Shown here in pieces: positions 11,001 through 20,167 of a stretch of 64,000 nucleotides of DNA (position 1 is its first letter; every line of letters begins with the position of its first letter). Both the position numbers and the translations under genes were made by a program. Under the pieces are notes generated by a model, which searched no databases, had not been told where the DNA came from, and saw only the letters and a program-made list of their open reading frames with translations. Location of the stretch: positions 32,001 to 96,000 of IMG/VR virus record IMGVR_UViG_3300042564_002372. One strand, 5' to 3'. This DNA is from a virus.

Positions 11001-14000
11001 GCATCAATCTTTGTTGCATCTGGACTTATTTCTTTAGTCTTTTCCTCATCACGAATTTCAATCTCCTCATTCTCATCAAATTCAATTTGATACTGTGACA
11101 TATACTCTTCATACTTAACGAAGAGCTCATTCCATTGCTCGTTTATTTTTGAAAAGTTCTCTCTTAAGAAATTATCAAGTGCTACAAATTCATTAGCTGA
11201 TATTTTACCAGCTAAATAGTTTTCATTATTTGCTACAATCTTATCTCCAAGAATACCATTCTCTACAATGTTTCCATTCTCATCAACTCTTCCTAGAGTT
11301 TCAGCAAACAATTCATCGTTCAAATACTTTTTAGAAATTTTATTTACATTGAACAGGCTTTGATCAGTGCTTCCAAGAAGAGACAAAGTTTTATAAGCCA
11401 TGTGTTGAATCAATTCATTCTGTTGCTTATAAGGAACTGTAATTCTCAACTCATCTTCTTCTGTAGCAAATCCATCTTCAATGTCAACTATCTGTGTAGG
11501 AACATTCTCAAGCACTCCCATAGAAGGTGTAGACTTAGCATAATAGCCAGTTCCTATTCTTTTGAATAATTCTTCAGTGTTGATGCTTGCATCTTTACCT
11601 GTAAAGAATTTCTTGATGACATTAACAATATCAGAGAATAGTCTAACTATAAAAGGTCTTCCATCCTTTGGTTTAGTAGGAACCTTCTTGAATAATACAT
11701 AGTCTCTAAACTCTTCAGCAAGTTGTTCTTTGATTTGTTGAGGAGTAGCTTCTGAATACTTTACTGTCTCACCTGTAGGTCTATCAACAAATGTTCCTGT
11801 TCTAGATTTGAATTCCTTAATGATAGATTGCTGCTCAGCTGGATCAGTAAACATCTTCCATACAGCCTCAAACACTTCGTGATAGAATGTTCCCACTTCT
11901 GCATTTTCATATACATAGATGGCACCATTTTTCAACATACCCCAAGCTTGAGCACCATTGGTAGCTTGAATTAGATTCTTAAGTCTATACAATGGAACAC
12001 CAGGAAGCACTCTTTTCCAGAATGCTTCTATCTCGTTCCAGTCTTCAATCTGCATAGACTTAGCTTCTCTCTCAACAACCTCTCTATATTCAGCTCTACC
12101 ACTTCTTGGTGTAGAAGCAGCATTGTTTTTTATTTCTTCAGATCTTCTTTTTGCCTCTTCTTCAACACTAGAAGCTGCTGGTGCTGGTGTAAATAAACTA
12201 GCTCTAGCTTCTTCAATACGACTTGGTGCAGGAGGTGCACCTGGAACAATAGGTTGTTGAGCCTGAGCTATAGGAGCAGATGGTGCTGCACCAAATAGAG
12301 ACGCTCTTGCTTCATCTATTCGATTAGAAACTGGTGCTGGAGTTGCACTTTTAGTTTCAACAGGTGATGCTTCAATTGGTGTAAGCTTAACTTCTTTCTT
12401 TACTTCTGGAATAATATAATCATCTACAGTGTCTGTAGTGTAGAAATAAATTCCAGATCTGTTTACATCACTTGGTCCTTCTAGAGGACGCATGTATGTA
12501 GAAAGAGGAAGTTGTTCTCCAGATCTTTTCTTACCATCAGGAGTAGTTGTGGAGAGTAGATAAGATTGATAGTTTGGCCACATAACAGACTCAATCCTTC
12601 CATCTTCAGAGATGTTTGTGATCTGTTCGTATTCCATTCCAATCTCTCTAGCGTATGCACCATTTACGTTGTGATACATTCCTTGTAACACAGCAATGAT
12701 ATCTTCCCTGTTTTGTATAAGACCTGATGGTGTAAATGGGAAGGCTGCTCCTTTTCCAGACATGTATAACTTACCATCCTTAAAGAAGACACTACTAAAT
12801 CCAGCTTCGTTAGCTGGTATTCCCCAATACACAACAGATTTCAAGAATGATAAAAGTCTCTTACTTTGATCATCATTAACACCCTTAGACTTATCAAGAG
12901 CATTCTTTGAAAACTGTAGAATAGCATTGAATATTGTCTCAGCTTCCTTCTTACTGTGTTGTCTATTGTTCAATGGAACAAGTCCATTACCCATATCAAG
13001 AAACACTCTACCTGGAGCAGACTTAGTTACACTTATGCCCCGTATGATAGATTCGTCACTTGTTGCAACAGTGATTATTGGAGAGTTGTCAATATCGTAG
13101 TCTGTAACTAGACCAGCATCTTGAACACTTGTTCTGGTGTCGTAAAGTTTGTTTCCTTCTGCATCTTGATTAACCTTTGGAAAACCAAATGACACATCAA
13201 TAGAATGAACTTCAGAAAGATCTTCCACCTTAAGAATTCTACTTCTCCATTCAGCGTATTGCTTTCTGACTTCACTTCTTACGTTCTCTGAAACATTCTC
13301 AGCAAACATTGACTTATCGCCATAGTCTCCAGACCACTTAAGATCTTCTAAAGGAAATACTTGGTAGATAGAGTTGTTGAGAGGGTCTTGTAGTTGTTCT
13401 TCTGTAAGAGGTAATCCATTCTCATTAACTAATACAGGCTGACCAGTTGACATATCAACCATGACCATAGCAATGATCTTGTTTGCATCAACTGTTTCAT
13501 TAATACCATTCTCGTCAGTTCTCAAGTGATCCATCAATCCAGGAATCAATTGATCCTGGTTCTTTGAAGTGATGTAGACACCTTTGATATCTCTCTTCTG
13601 ATCATCGTCAAATGACTGGAAGTTCATTCCAAATCTTTGAGCTCTCTTTTGGTGAGCCTTTCCTCTATCAACTGGTATTGTAGCTCTAGGTACGATAGCT
13701 AAAGGCTTCTTAGCATCCACCTCAAACTCTCTATCAAATACAGCAGGAACTGGATTATCATTATCAGCAGTACCTAAGATTTGTTTTCTTAGAGCTTCGT
13801 TCTTAGCAAGTTTTTCTTCCTCAATACCACTGGCTTGATATTCTTGATAAGCCTTCTTCATCTTTGCAAGAAGTGCTTCTTTGAACATCAATTCATTTGC
13901 ATCTGATTTTAAAAATTCTTTTAGTGATTTTATCTCATCTAAAAGTTTATTCAACTTCTCCTCATTAGGAGAAATGTCCATATCCTCCGCTTCAGCAATG

Positions 14001-17000
14001 AGTCGTTCTAACTCACGTAAGTCTGAAATGAAATTTGGTTTTAGTTTTAAGAAGTTTGGATTATTTTTTAGGAATTCATTGAACTCCACTCCCATGATTG
14101 TTGGAGCCTTTGGATAGTTTGATTCAAACTGATCAACAAGGTTTCTCAAGAAGCCTATTGCAGAATCAAGAGTGTCTTCAATCTGATTTGCAAGTTTTGT
14201 TAGTGCACCAATCTGCTTACCATTTTCTTCTATTGATTCTTTAAGAAGTTCTGTTTCAAACTCCAACTGATCAATAATAGATTTTGAATCCCCAGAAAGT
14301 TCTGAGACGTTTTGAACTGCATCTTGCAAGTATGCAAGAAGTAATTCACCATCTTCCTTCTGAGCTTCGAGGTCAGCAATCTCTTGCAATAAATCTTCTT
14401 TAGCTCTTGACAAACGCATTGCTGCATCAAGAGCCTTTCTTACAGAAGACTTTAATTTTGTACCCTTCTTAGCTCTAGCATCATCTCCACCCTTCTCAAT
14501 GGTCTTGTTGATTTTCTCAAGCTCTTCTTCAATAGTTAAAACATCAGCTCTTTTCTGCTTAATTGTTTTTTCTAACTCAGCTTGTTTCTCAATAACCTCA
14601 TTGTGGTAATCATTGATGAGTTCTGCTCTAGCATCTTGGACATTAAGATCATAAAGTTTAGGAGCAGCTTCTGTTGCCTTCTTTTCTTTTGATCTTTTAA
14701 TTTGCTCTTTCTCTGTAGCAGTTAGTTCTCTGCCAAGAGAGAATATTCCTTTTTCAAATCCAGGTTTTGCTTCAAATGATTTTAAATCAATTGGTATTGA
14801 TTTTACAACTCTTTTACCTTTCTTACTCTTGGTAACATAAGTAAACATGAGTTGATTTTTATCACTATCAAACTCAAGTCTTCCTTTTTTAATACCACCC
14901 TTATTTTTACCTGCATTCCATTCTACAATGGTGTTAACATTATTCATGAAGAATGCAGCTATTGGATTATTCGCAACTGCTGAAACTTTTCCTAGTTTGT
15001 AATCCTGTAGCAATTCAGGATTAATATCTCTTTCTCCTTTGTTATCTCTGATTCTAATTGTACCATCTGGATTTTGTCCAAGAATAGTAAGCTTTGGAAA
15101 ACGATAAACTTCGTTTCCATTTGAATCATATTCTACAACTTTACCAAGAAAGTATTCTTCGCCTATTTGAAAATTTTTCTCACCATCTTTAGTTACAATC
15201 TTTACTCTCTCGCCAATCTTCTCTTCAGGAATAACTGTATTTGGTTCTTTCTTCTTTGGTGTGAATTTCTCAGGAACAGATTTCATCTCAGAGTATTCAT
15301 CAAGAAACTTCTTTCTCTTCATACCCATTTCAACAAGCTCAAATAGATCTTGAGTTAACTCATCCTCATTGATTGAACCTTTTGCTTTAATCTCTGATAC
15401 AACTTTCTCAACAGCCTCAGTGTTAGGAACTCCATTCAACAATACATCATTGAATAGCTCAGCAGTGTTTACACCAGCAGTTATTAACTTATTGTTTAGG
15501 CTAGGTATTCTATTATCGTAATCAAATACTTTAGAAGCAGCATAGGTGAGTTTGTCAATTACAGCATCACTGTAAACACGATCACCCTTATCATCAACAA
15601 CACCTTTATACTTTAAGCTAATATCCTGATAAGCTTTATCAATATACTGTGCTTGACTTTCAATAACTCGAAGTCTATTCAAGAATGATTGTCTAGTATC
15701 AGTTTGATATGCATATCCTTCTTGTTGCAATTGCAAAAATCCTTCTTCTGTATTAGCAAGAGCTCTAAGTTCTTCAAGCTCAAGATTAACAAATTCTGTA
15801 GATGTGTACTTAGCACGATTTAATATTGTGCCAAAAAGAAAATCAAACTCAAGATCTTTTGATCCTGATACATCTCCTTGTGCAATCTTTTGTGCTCTTT
15901 CTTGTTGAATTGCTTCAGCAGCATTTATAACTTTTGAAGAATCTTTAAGCTTATCTTTAATTAAAGAGTTATTGAATATAGTGACTGCTTCATCTCTAAG
16001 CTTTTTTTGCTGACCACCATATCCATCAAACCCTCTTTCTCTAAGAGAACCAGTCATACCAAGTGTTGGTATTCCAGATGTCATGATTGCTCCAGACACA
16101 CCACCAATAAATAGGTTTAGTAAACCTTCATCATCAGTTAATGCTTCTCTAGCACCATTGAAAAATAAATCATTTAGAATAGAAGCATCTCCTGTCTCAT
16201 CAAGTTTTGAGAAGTAGTTCTCTGTACCAACTTGTGCAGCATATTGCGAAGCTTCTTCAAGTGCTTCAGTTGTATTAAATGCTAACCCAGCAATGTTTCT
16301 GGCTTTGTATAAAGTTTTAGCTAATCCTTTTTCAGGAAGTGCTGAGATATACTTCCCTTGTTTAAACATTACATTGTTAATAACATTCTTTTCTCCCTTA
16401 AATGTAGAAGAGAATATTTTAGGAAGTTGTATAAAGTTAGAGGCTGATAGTAATCCAATGTTTAGTCCATAAACTGTTTTACCAGCTCTTTCTGCAAGAT
16501 TATCAATTTCTTTTAAATCTTCTCCCTGTGGGACATATCCATTGTTAGCAATGTATTTGTCAATCAATGATTGTCTGAATTCCTGAGAAGCGTTAAGAGC
16601 TTCTATACCAGCTTCACCAGCAGCACCAAATGTTGCTACAATACCTCTTTCAGCTCCCATCAATGCTCTACCAGCAGCAACTCTAGCGGATGCTCCTAGC
16701 CCATTTAATGCAGAGTTTATAGCTGAAAGTCTTTGTACTTGTGGAAGAGCATTAGCAGAGCCAACAGCAGCGTCAGCAGCAGCAGCCATAGTTCTTCCTT
16801 GTGCAACAAGTCTAGATGTTAGACCAATTGCTCTAAAAGCACCAGACCATGCAAAACCACCTGCAAGAGCACCTGCTGCAAATCCAAGATTTTTAATAAT
16901 GTTATCAGCTAAAAAGTTAGCTGTAAATAAATTATCTGGTTCCCACCAGTTACCTTCTCTTTCTCTTTGAGTTTTGTAATTAGCAAAAGTGGTTTCTAGA

Positions 17001-17437
17001 TATTCATTATTGAAATCATTCAATTCCCTGCTTACTGGATTATCAAACATTGCTTTGAACTCTCCAGTCTTTGCCCACTCACCCACTCCATATACTAAAC
17101 CAGCTGTACCATTTACAAATGTTGAACCAGCAATACCAACAAACTTAGCAACACCGTTACCAAGTTTTTCTAAAGCTCCTTGCCCTCTTGCATACAATTC
17201 CTCATTATCCAATGTGGCATACACCTTTGGATATTTTCCAGATAGGTCTAAGTTTCTTGTATTAACGTATGAGAAAGTTTGTCCTTGTTGAGGAGTGCTT
17301 TCGTTCATAAGTTTATAGAAAGTATCTACTGCACTTTCAGACTTACCACCTGTGCCTGGGCTTTGAGGAGTTTTTACAAGATTCAGAGGCTCAACCCCCA
17401 AATTTACTGGTCCAAATATTCCTACTTCTTCTTCCAT
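5060..17437 (-). CDS. Giant virion-packaged DNA-dependent RNA polymerase (crAss-like, phi14:2 gp66 family) with a long N-terminal ejection/coiled-coil region and a degenerate zincin motif
   Basis: 4125 aa. GSDFDIDK catalytic loop (DFDID at 7673-7687), FRIPTQ and ETDGSG motifs, TFYHEVFEAVW; located after the tail/cargo genes as in crAss-like phages. Confidence 0.9.
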   Translation of the reverse strand: MEEEVGIFGPVNLGVEPLNLVKTPQSPGTGGKSESAVDTFYKLMNESTPQQGQTFSYVNTRNLDLSGKYPKVYATLDNEELYARGQGALEKLGNGVAKFVGIAGSTFVNGTAGLVYGVGEWAKTGEFKAMFDNPVSRELNDFNNEYLETTFANYKTQREREGNWWEPDNLFTANFLADNIIKNLGFAAGALAGGFAWSGAFRAIGLTSRLVAQGRTMAAAADAAVGSANALPQVQRLSAINSALNGLGASARVAAGRALMGAERGIVATFGAAGEAGIEALNASQEFRQSLIDKYIANNGYVPQGEDLKEIDNLAERAGKTVYGLNIGLLSASNFIQLPKIFSSTFKGEKNVINNVMFKQGKYISALPEKGLAKTLYKARNIAGLAFNTTEALEEASQYAAQVGTENYFSKLDETGDASILNDLFFNGAREALTDDEGLLNLFIGGVSGAIMTSGIPTLGMTGSLRERGFDGYGGQQKKLRDEAVTIFNNSLIKDKLKDSSKVINAAEAIQQERAQKIAQGDVSGSKDLEFDFLFGTILNRAKYTSTEFVNLELEELRALANTEEGFLQLQQEGYAYQTDTRQSFLNRLRVIESQAQYIDKAYQDISLKYKGVVDDKGDRVYSDAVIDKLTYAASKVFDYDNRIPSLNNKLITAGVNTAELFNDVLLNGVPNTEAVEKVVSEIKAKGSINEDELTQDLFELVEMGMKRKKFLDEYSEMKSVPEKFTPKKKEPNTVIPEEKIGERVKIVTKDGEKNFQIGEEYFLGKVVEYDSNGNEVYRFPKLTILGQNPDGTIRIRDNKGERDINPELLQDYKLGKVSAVANNPIAAFFMNNVNTIVEWNAGKNKGGIKKGRLEFDSDKNQLMFTYVTKSKKGKRVVKSIPIDLKSFEAKPGFEKGIFSLGRELTATEKEQIKRSKEKKATEAAPKLYDLNVQDARAELINDYHNEVIEKQAELEKTIKQKRADVLTIEEELEKINKTIEKGGDDARAKKGTKLKSSVRKALDAAMRLSRAKEDLLQEIADLEAQKEDGELLLAYLQDAVQNVSELSGDSKSIIDQLEFETELLKESIEENGKQIGALTKLANQIEDTLDSAIGFLRNLVDQFESNYPKAPTIMGVEFNEFLKNNPNFLKLKPNFISDLRELERLIAEAEDMDISPNEEKLNKLLDEIKSLKEFLKSDANELMFKEALLAKMKKAYQEYQASGIEEEKLAKNEALRKQILGTADNDNPVPAVFDREFEVDAKKPLAIVPRATIPVDRGKAHQKRAQRFGMNFQSFDDDQKRDIKGVYITSKNQDQLIPGLMDHLRTDENGINETVDANKIIAMVMVDMSTGQPVLVNENGLPLTEEQLQDPLNNSIYQVFPLEDLKWSGDYGDKSMFAENVSENVRSEVRKQYAEWRSRILKVEDLSEVHSIDVSFGFPKVNQDAEGNKLYDTRTSVQDAGLVTDYDIDNSPIITVATSDESIIRGISVTKSAPGRVFLDMGNGLVPLNNRQHSKKEAETIFNAILQFSKNALDKSKGVNDDQSKRLLSFLKSVVYWGIPANEAGFSSVFFKDGKLYMSGKGAAFPFTPSGLIQNREDIIAVLQGMYHNVNGAYAREIGMEYEQITNISEDGRIESVMWPNYQSYLLSTTTPDGKKRSGEQLPLSTYMRPLEGPSDVNRSGIYFYTTDTVDDYIIPEVKKEVKLTPIEASPVETKSATPAPVSNRIDEARASLFGAAPSAPIAQAQQPIVPGAPPAPSRIEEARASLFTPAPAASSVEEEAKRRSEEIKNNAASTPRSGRAEYREVVEREAKSMQIEDWNEIEAFWKRVLPGVPLYRLKNLIQATNGAQAWGMLKNGAIYVYENAEVGTFYHEVFEAVWKMFTDPAEQQSIIKEFKSRTGTFVDRPTGETVKYSEATPQQIKEQLAEEFRDYVLFKKVPTKPKDGRPFIVRLFSDIVNVIKKFFTGKDASINTEELFKRIGTGYYAKSTPSMGVLENVPTQIVDIEDGFATEEDELRITVPYKQQNELIQHMAYKTLSLLGSTDQSLFNVNKISKKYLNDELFAETLGRVDENGNIVENGILGDKIVANNENYLAGKISANEFVALDNFLRENFSKINEQWNELFVKYEEYMSQYQIEFDENEEIEIRDEEKTKEISPDATKIDAFRKANSAIKLLLATLPRTKRVNGVDEAIVTSVGGNELLPLAQTFITVMNKLHASRDVDEMMENLRRLALEDGNYSRLYKRIAKKDPSEGKFEFKKLTTPHSIQLLSSFFSTFKKQNPEVKNVFILENGDVVVGDANLSQASAQIANDYENGIILSAREGKGYFEYDASKKAYVAKDKINDLKFNSSNIADNDNAMLRFLNDIGIEFSKEDFRKLTSDDKTKFREIVKGIRDSLVKNKELMTLSKKTISVQGRLTELAILKIKSSNPEIESTYFNISNERTQSYIGVNPLSDLQDFVSKTKDLSDNSVKESHYKYLVMDPFAKGSVIMNKLFPKGGKKIPASNANSDLLTVAYVGGTKNDINGKQKPSARLNYPERLTQEMNLNLNGFYLNLVPGDASIEWMIKMGNHVSSKNMSIGYGKVMEIFKEYFKSEYELAKSPDRVVDASRESERNNLRFFYDILGEELNNEIIASKEVDAEAVYNKFEKKIEVAVKKYVESRTQAFRNTLNKYGILQYDGVGFSLRNIKSSEDGMYSLSESMNEQTLNNNLSALTVNYMIANIELHKLMYSDPYQYKDELKRIKSFSSPRQAIMSDPDSLTVGFSINAAMQNALNAGFEKGDVGYTDFNRNYFRTATHADVIGIVDVPGQDYEAYKETDGSGIISMKAHRNLKFRAGQWTETNELQYRHDVAYEKLVKSGADQATLDEFEKNNPGDQSAYTPVKPIVAGTTDNQQGYNEVVLDKFALYPLSFRVMHKVNSTSNAMKLYDKMQREDIDYIVFNSGRKVGARNPHSTYNVDGSFNDTPYTASGKGQNVINVPFKIMAIQAEVPSKEKALVTRGSQMTKLLTMDFMAAGVPVDFMPNETNFNKRYQAWNALDEADKEKSKLYKEIKNNRELLQAMTEFGYQSLLKKLGIAETKEGYEITDFSIAADTLRKEMLKREVNDNVIKSLDSFLEGKTILEATPAYQQVRNILYSIVDSNVVSPKISGGMKVQIPSTLLESNKIGIQEINGKKGFVSNTLKFYEKDGERVAEVMIGRWFDSPLSDKELLNYFNNTEEGQKILMGVAFRIPTQNQNSIDAIKIAKFLPKEFGDSVVIPSALVAKVGSDFDIDKLSMYLKNVYQDTKGNIKLVPFEGYGQQAIDKFKALSKELTQAKIEKVENRILKQEDLRQTFVDIVTENTSNEFAQIWIPLFRQWFANEIVDGKLSVDLVGDVFAKRFEKLNKKLEKLTVQDLQDAFVEEHAERLYKASLENAYIESSENLIKSDENYDKLMTPNSANQMKALSEEIAKKTVGGSYDYRNVGNMLNRNFMSSLRHAFVTGKYAIGIAAVNQTNHSLMQRFASFVDPARLENVSPVDAKWLGDAKVKFQSFNQLDGKATMSMIKNADGQFISDIIGQFIDGYVDISNGPWIMELGATPNVASTWLFLVKIGVPIDTVSYFMNQPIIREYLGIIENAGYSWLFIDDFADITMGNFDPKANMAPRDVIPNTASLRNMVGKSVADLSPNEKADQQFILGEFLKYAKMAEHMFLVTQGTNYDTSNFNDPYLLFKKHEQFIRAQQTIISSVDEILDNSFIGTTAETLNKTRDGVAEILASDRSKVRNVIQRVLKPYVDLNDRDFVKLAQRAVADLFDYAVQTNTVFKDAVVNTMITNGGYANDIMQMVKEIKANPNHPLFDNHVVNIIVPQLAPEASPESANNIKIKGATNKIYDQNSIIYSFRELKEYLESKGELAKYNKFKMLALYQSGLSVNRLSFTSLLPFEDFESIYNDTIQKLESLPNLETFADLNVFERNNWGNDDVVPYEKARWTKKKVYNPAMRYLPNQVKSAVETNQIPPIISVSMLGRKSNSDFFVYSWEDESFTKEKKAEMRKKGDFSYIKRGLFRKVKTGGLPFIHTAYDGKEYYIYQAVNAWGARERAQEFYDVEKPSEIDNGFIKVRNVAADERIINIFTGGSPVATPSPVANKNKPGDLPAIDRTPPSCQ

Positions 17438-20127
17438 TAATATATTGGGAAATTAGTGGTTTCTTTAATAAAGGCTGCGGTTACACCATTGCTGAAGCTT
17501 TCCAACTGTGGATTTATTTGCCCATTAATTTGTTTTGGTAAAGCAACATCTCCTATCAAAAATGATTTTCTCAAGGTGTTTGTATTTTTATCAAATATAT
17601 AAATTCTTGGGTAAACTACATTTGGATTTGCCACATCTTCTTCCAAATCTCCCATTAATGAATAGTTATCACTACTGAAATTAGAAAAGTCTTGAGTCTT
17701 GAAGTATGCAGTTGTAGGCTCACCTGGCTTACTTAAGTTTGTTGTGCCACGTGCATTTAATAAATCAAATGCATTTTTCAAGTTTGGATTTGCTGGAGGT
17801 TCATATCCAGTTAAGAATTTATAATCATTTCTTTCAATTGGAACATCATAAACTTCACCATCTTTACCAGTAATTTGTAATATATAAGTTGATGGAGATT
17901 GTAAGGTTGTTCCAGGTTGAGTTAATATACTTGCACCAAAATCTTCTCCTAAAACAACGGATGACAAATTCTGATACATTTCTGGGTCAGTTCCTCTAAA
18001 CTTCCCAAGTACAGTTATGAAATTATTTTTATAGTCTTCAGTCTTTAAATCACCTTTGGAAATAGTTGCAATCTTTCCCATTGGAACAGCTCCATTATTT
18101 TGATAAGCTTGTGCTACAAACTTATCAATATTTTTTTGGTCAGCATCTTTAAAAGATTTTGAAATTTGGAACATGAGTGTAGAAGGAAGTTCTGTCTGCA
18201 AACCAACTGTTGTTGATTTTCTAGGATACAAAACCTTCTCTATCTCTCTCATTTTTTGTTCTCCAAATTTAGAACTTAATCTAATTTGTGCCTGATTCCT
18301 AAGCATTTCCTGATTTTTATCAACCGTAAGGCTTCCAAAAAAATTATACATTTCTGGATGAAGATTAACATAATCAATGAGATCTTTTTGAGAAAGATTC
18401 ACTGACTCCCCACTTGCTAATTTTATAGATTCAGGTTTAACAGAAGCTACAGCTTTATTGTAGGCTTCAACATCGACTCCTTGTAGAACAGCCATTTGTT
18501 TGGCATCTTCTTGAGCCTTGTTCATTATTGATCTTTTAGCCTCTAAGCTTTTTGCAATAGCATCTTGAGCACCAATTAAACTGTGTAAAGTTACTGGGAC
18601 CTTTTCAGGATTTGTTCTGTAAAGAGTTATTAATGATGATGCCATTATTTGAGCAGTATCATTAATCTCTCCAGAATTTGGATTATTTGTTTTACCACGA
18701 TAGGCAGCTGCATCAGAAAGTTTTTTCAATAGCTCTTCCTCAGTGTCTCCTGGGTTTGCCATTCTCAATGTTTCTAATGCAAGTTTATTATTTACACTAT
18801 TAAATTGTGAAGCCAATTCTGAATACTCACCTTCAACCATAGCTCTAATTGCACTAGGATCAGCATCAATTGGTGCATCAACTCCTCCACCTTGAAAGTA
18901 TGCTTGCTGAGCTCTAATCTTCTCCATCTCAGCATTATGCTTTTCTTGCTCTCGTCTATCTGAAGCGAGTTTTAAAGCATAATCAGCTTGCCATTGTCTC
19001 TGTCCTTGTTCAAACTTATTGATCTCCATGCCTACAGTGAACCAAGGATTAACAGAATACTTTCTAGAAACTTCTTTACTAGAAAGAACTTCAGACATAG
19101 AGGAGAGATAATTATCTCTATATATCATTCCTTTAACAGCCTCAGGATTTCTAGCAACTGCTGCTAGACTTTCTGATTTTGATTCTTCAAGTTCACGATT
19201 CAATCCTTCAAAATAACTAATCTCATCACTTATTGATTTAATTAGATCTGCATCATATTCTTTAGTCTTGGCTTTGTTTTGTTGTTCAGCTAAACTAATT
19301 TTTAAGAACTCAATTTTGCCATTATTAAACTTTATATTTTTATCAGCTGAGCTTGTAGCAATCACTCCAAGTTGTTCAGGAGTAACATCTCTAAAATTAT
19401 ATCTACCTTCAATAGAAAGTTGTTCATAGTCAGCTGGTGTTAAAGCACTTTTGAAAGCATTTAATATTTTTGAAGCATCTTTACCTCTCAAGGTTTCCTC
19501 AACCATAACATTATTTATTATGGGGTTTCCTTTTTCATCTCTTAGATATCTTCCTTGCTCATCTGTTTTAAAAAGATTTGGAACAGTCTTCTCATCAATG
19601 CCCACTTCTTTTGCAATGTCTTTAATCTTTCCCCAAACATCAACAGGAGTTGTATAGTAGCCAGTATAACTAGCTCCTACAGTTGGATTATTAAACCACT
19701 CTTGATCTGTTAGATTAAATAAATAATTGTTTGCAGGATTGTATTTTCCAGCATCAATATCTTTTTGAATTTTTTCTTGTACAGCTTTTCTCTGAGCTGT
19801 TGATTGAACAGCTGAAATAATATCAGGATCTTTCGCAACACTACCAGCCATTCCTGCTACAGAATTAACCAACTGATAATTAGAGAAGTCAGCAGCTGCA
19901 ACAGTCTTTAACTTAGAGCCAAGATCATTAAGTTTAGATTGTAGGTATTGCTTATCCTGAGGTCTAGCAATACTAAGCCCTGCAACTTGATCTATCTGAG
20001 ATTGGATTCTTTGTAACCCTTGGTCGTAACGCTGTTGCTTCTCCATACCAACAGCAACCATAGCCTCAACAGGAAGCTGTTGAATGTATGGATTAAACTG
20101 AGGTATTACATCTGTGAATGAAGCCAT
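17437..20127 (-). CDS. Putative virion cargo/ejection protein
   Basis: 896 aa, helical and Gln/Lys-rich N-terminus (FNPYIQQLPVEAM); immediately upstream of the RNAP gene, with its stop overlapping the RNAP start. Confidence 0.6.
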   Translation of the reverse strand: MASFTDVIPQFNPYIQQLPVEAMVAVGMEKQQRYDQGLQRIQSQIDQVAGLSIARPQDKQYLQSKLNDLGSKLKTVAAADFSNYQLVNSVAGMAGSVAKDPDIISAVQSTAQRKAVQEKIQKDIDAGKYNPANNYLFNLTDQEWFNNPTVGASYTGYYTTPVDVWGKIKDIAKEVGIDEKTVPNLFKTDEQGRYLRDEKGNPIINNVMVEETLRGKDASKILNAFKSALTPADYEQLSIEGRYNFRDVTPEQLGVIATSSADKNIKFNNGKIEFLKISLAEQQNKAKTKEYDADLIKSISDEISYFEGLNRELEESKSESLAAVARNPEAVKGMIYRDNYLSSMSEVLSSKEVSRKYSVNPWFTVGMEINKFEQGQRQWQADYALKLASDRREQEKHNAEMEKIRAQQAYFQGGGVDAPIDADPSAIRAMVEGEYSELASQFNSVNNKLALETLRMANPGDTEEELLKKLSDAAAYRGKTNNPNSGEINDTAQIMASSLITLYRTNPEKVPVTLHSLIGAQDAIAKSLEAKRSIMNKAQEDAKQMAVLQGVDVEAYNKAVASVKPESIKLASGESVNLSQKDLIDYVNLHPEMYNFFGSLTVDKNQEMLRNQAQIRLSSKFGEQKMREIEKVLYPRKSTTVGLQTELPSTLMFQISKSFKDADQKNIDKFVAQAYQNNGAVPMGKIATISKGDLKTEDYKNNFITVLGKFRGTDPEMYQNLSSVVLGEDFGASILTQPGTTLQSPSTYILQITGKDGEVYDVPIERNDYKFLTGYEPPANPNLKNAFDLLNARGTTNLSKPGEPTTAYFKTQDFSNFSSDNYSLMGDLEEDVANPNVVYPRIYIFDKNTNTLRKSFLIGDVALPKQINGQINPQLESFSNGVTAAFIKETTNFPIY

Positions 20128-20143
20128 ATTATTATTGTTTTAT

Positions 20144-20151
20144 CAAATTTA
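20144..20151 (-). promoter_or_regulatory. Possible Bacteroidota-type -7 promoter element (TAnnTTTG)
   Basis: TAAATTTG on the minus strand, intergenic, 16 nt upstream of the ATG at 20127; no clear -33 element seen. Confidence 0.35.
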
Positions 20152-20167
20152 GTAGTAATAGTCCAGA

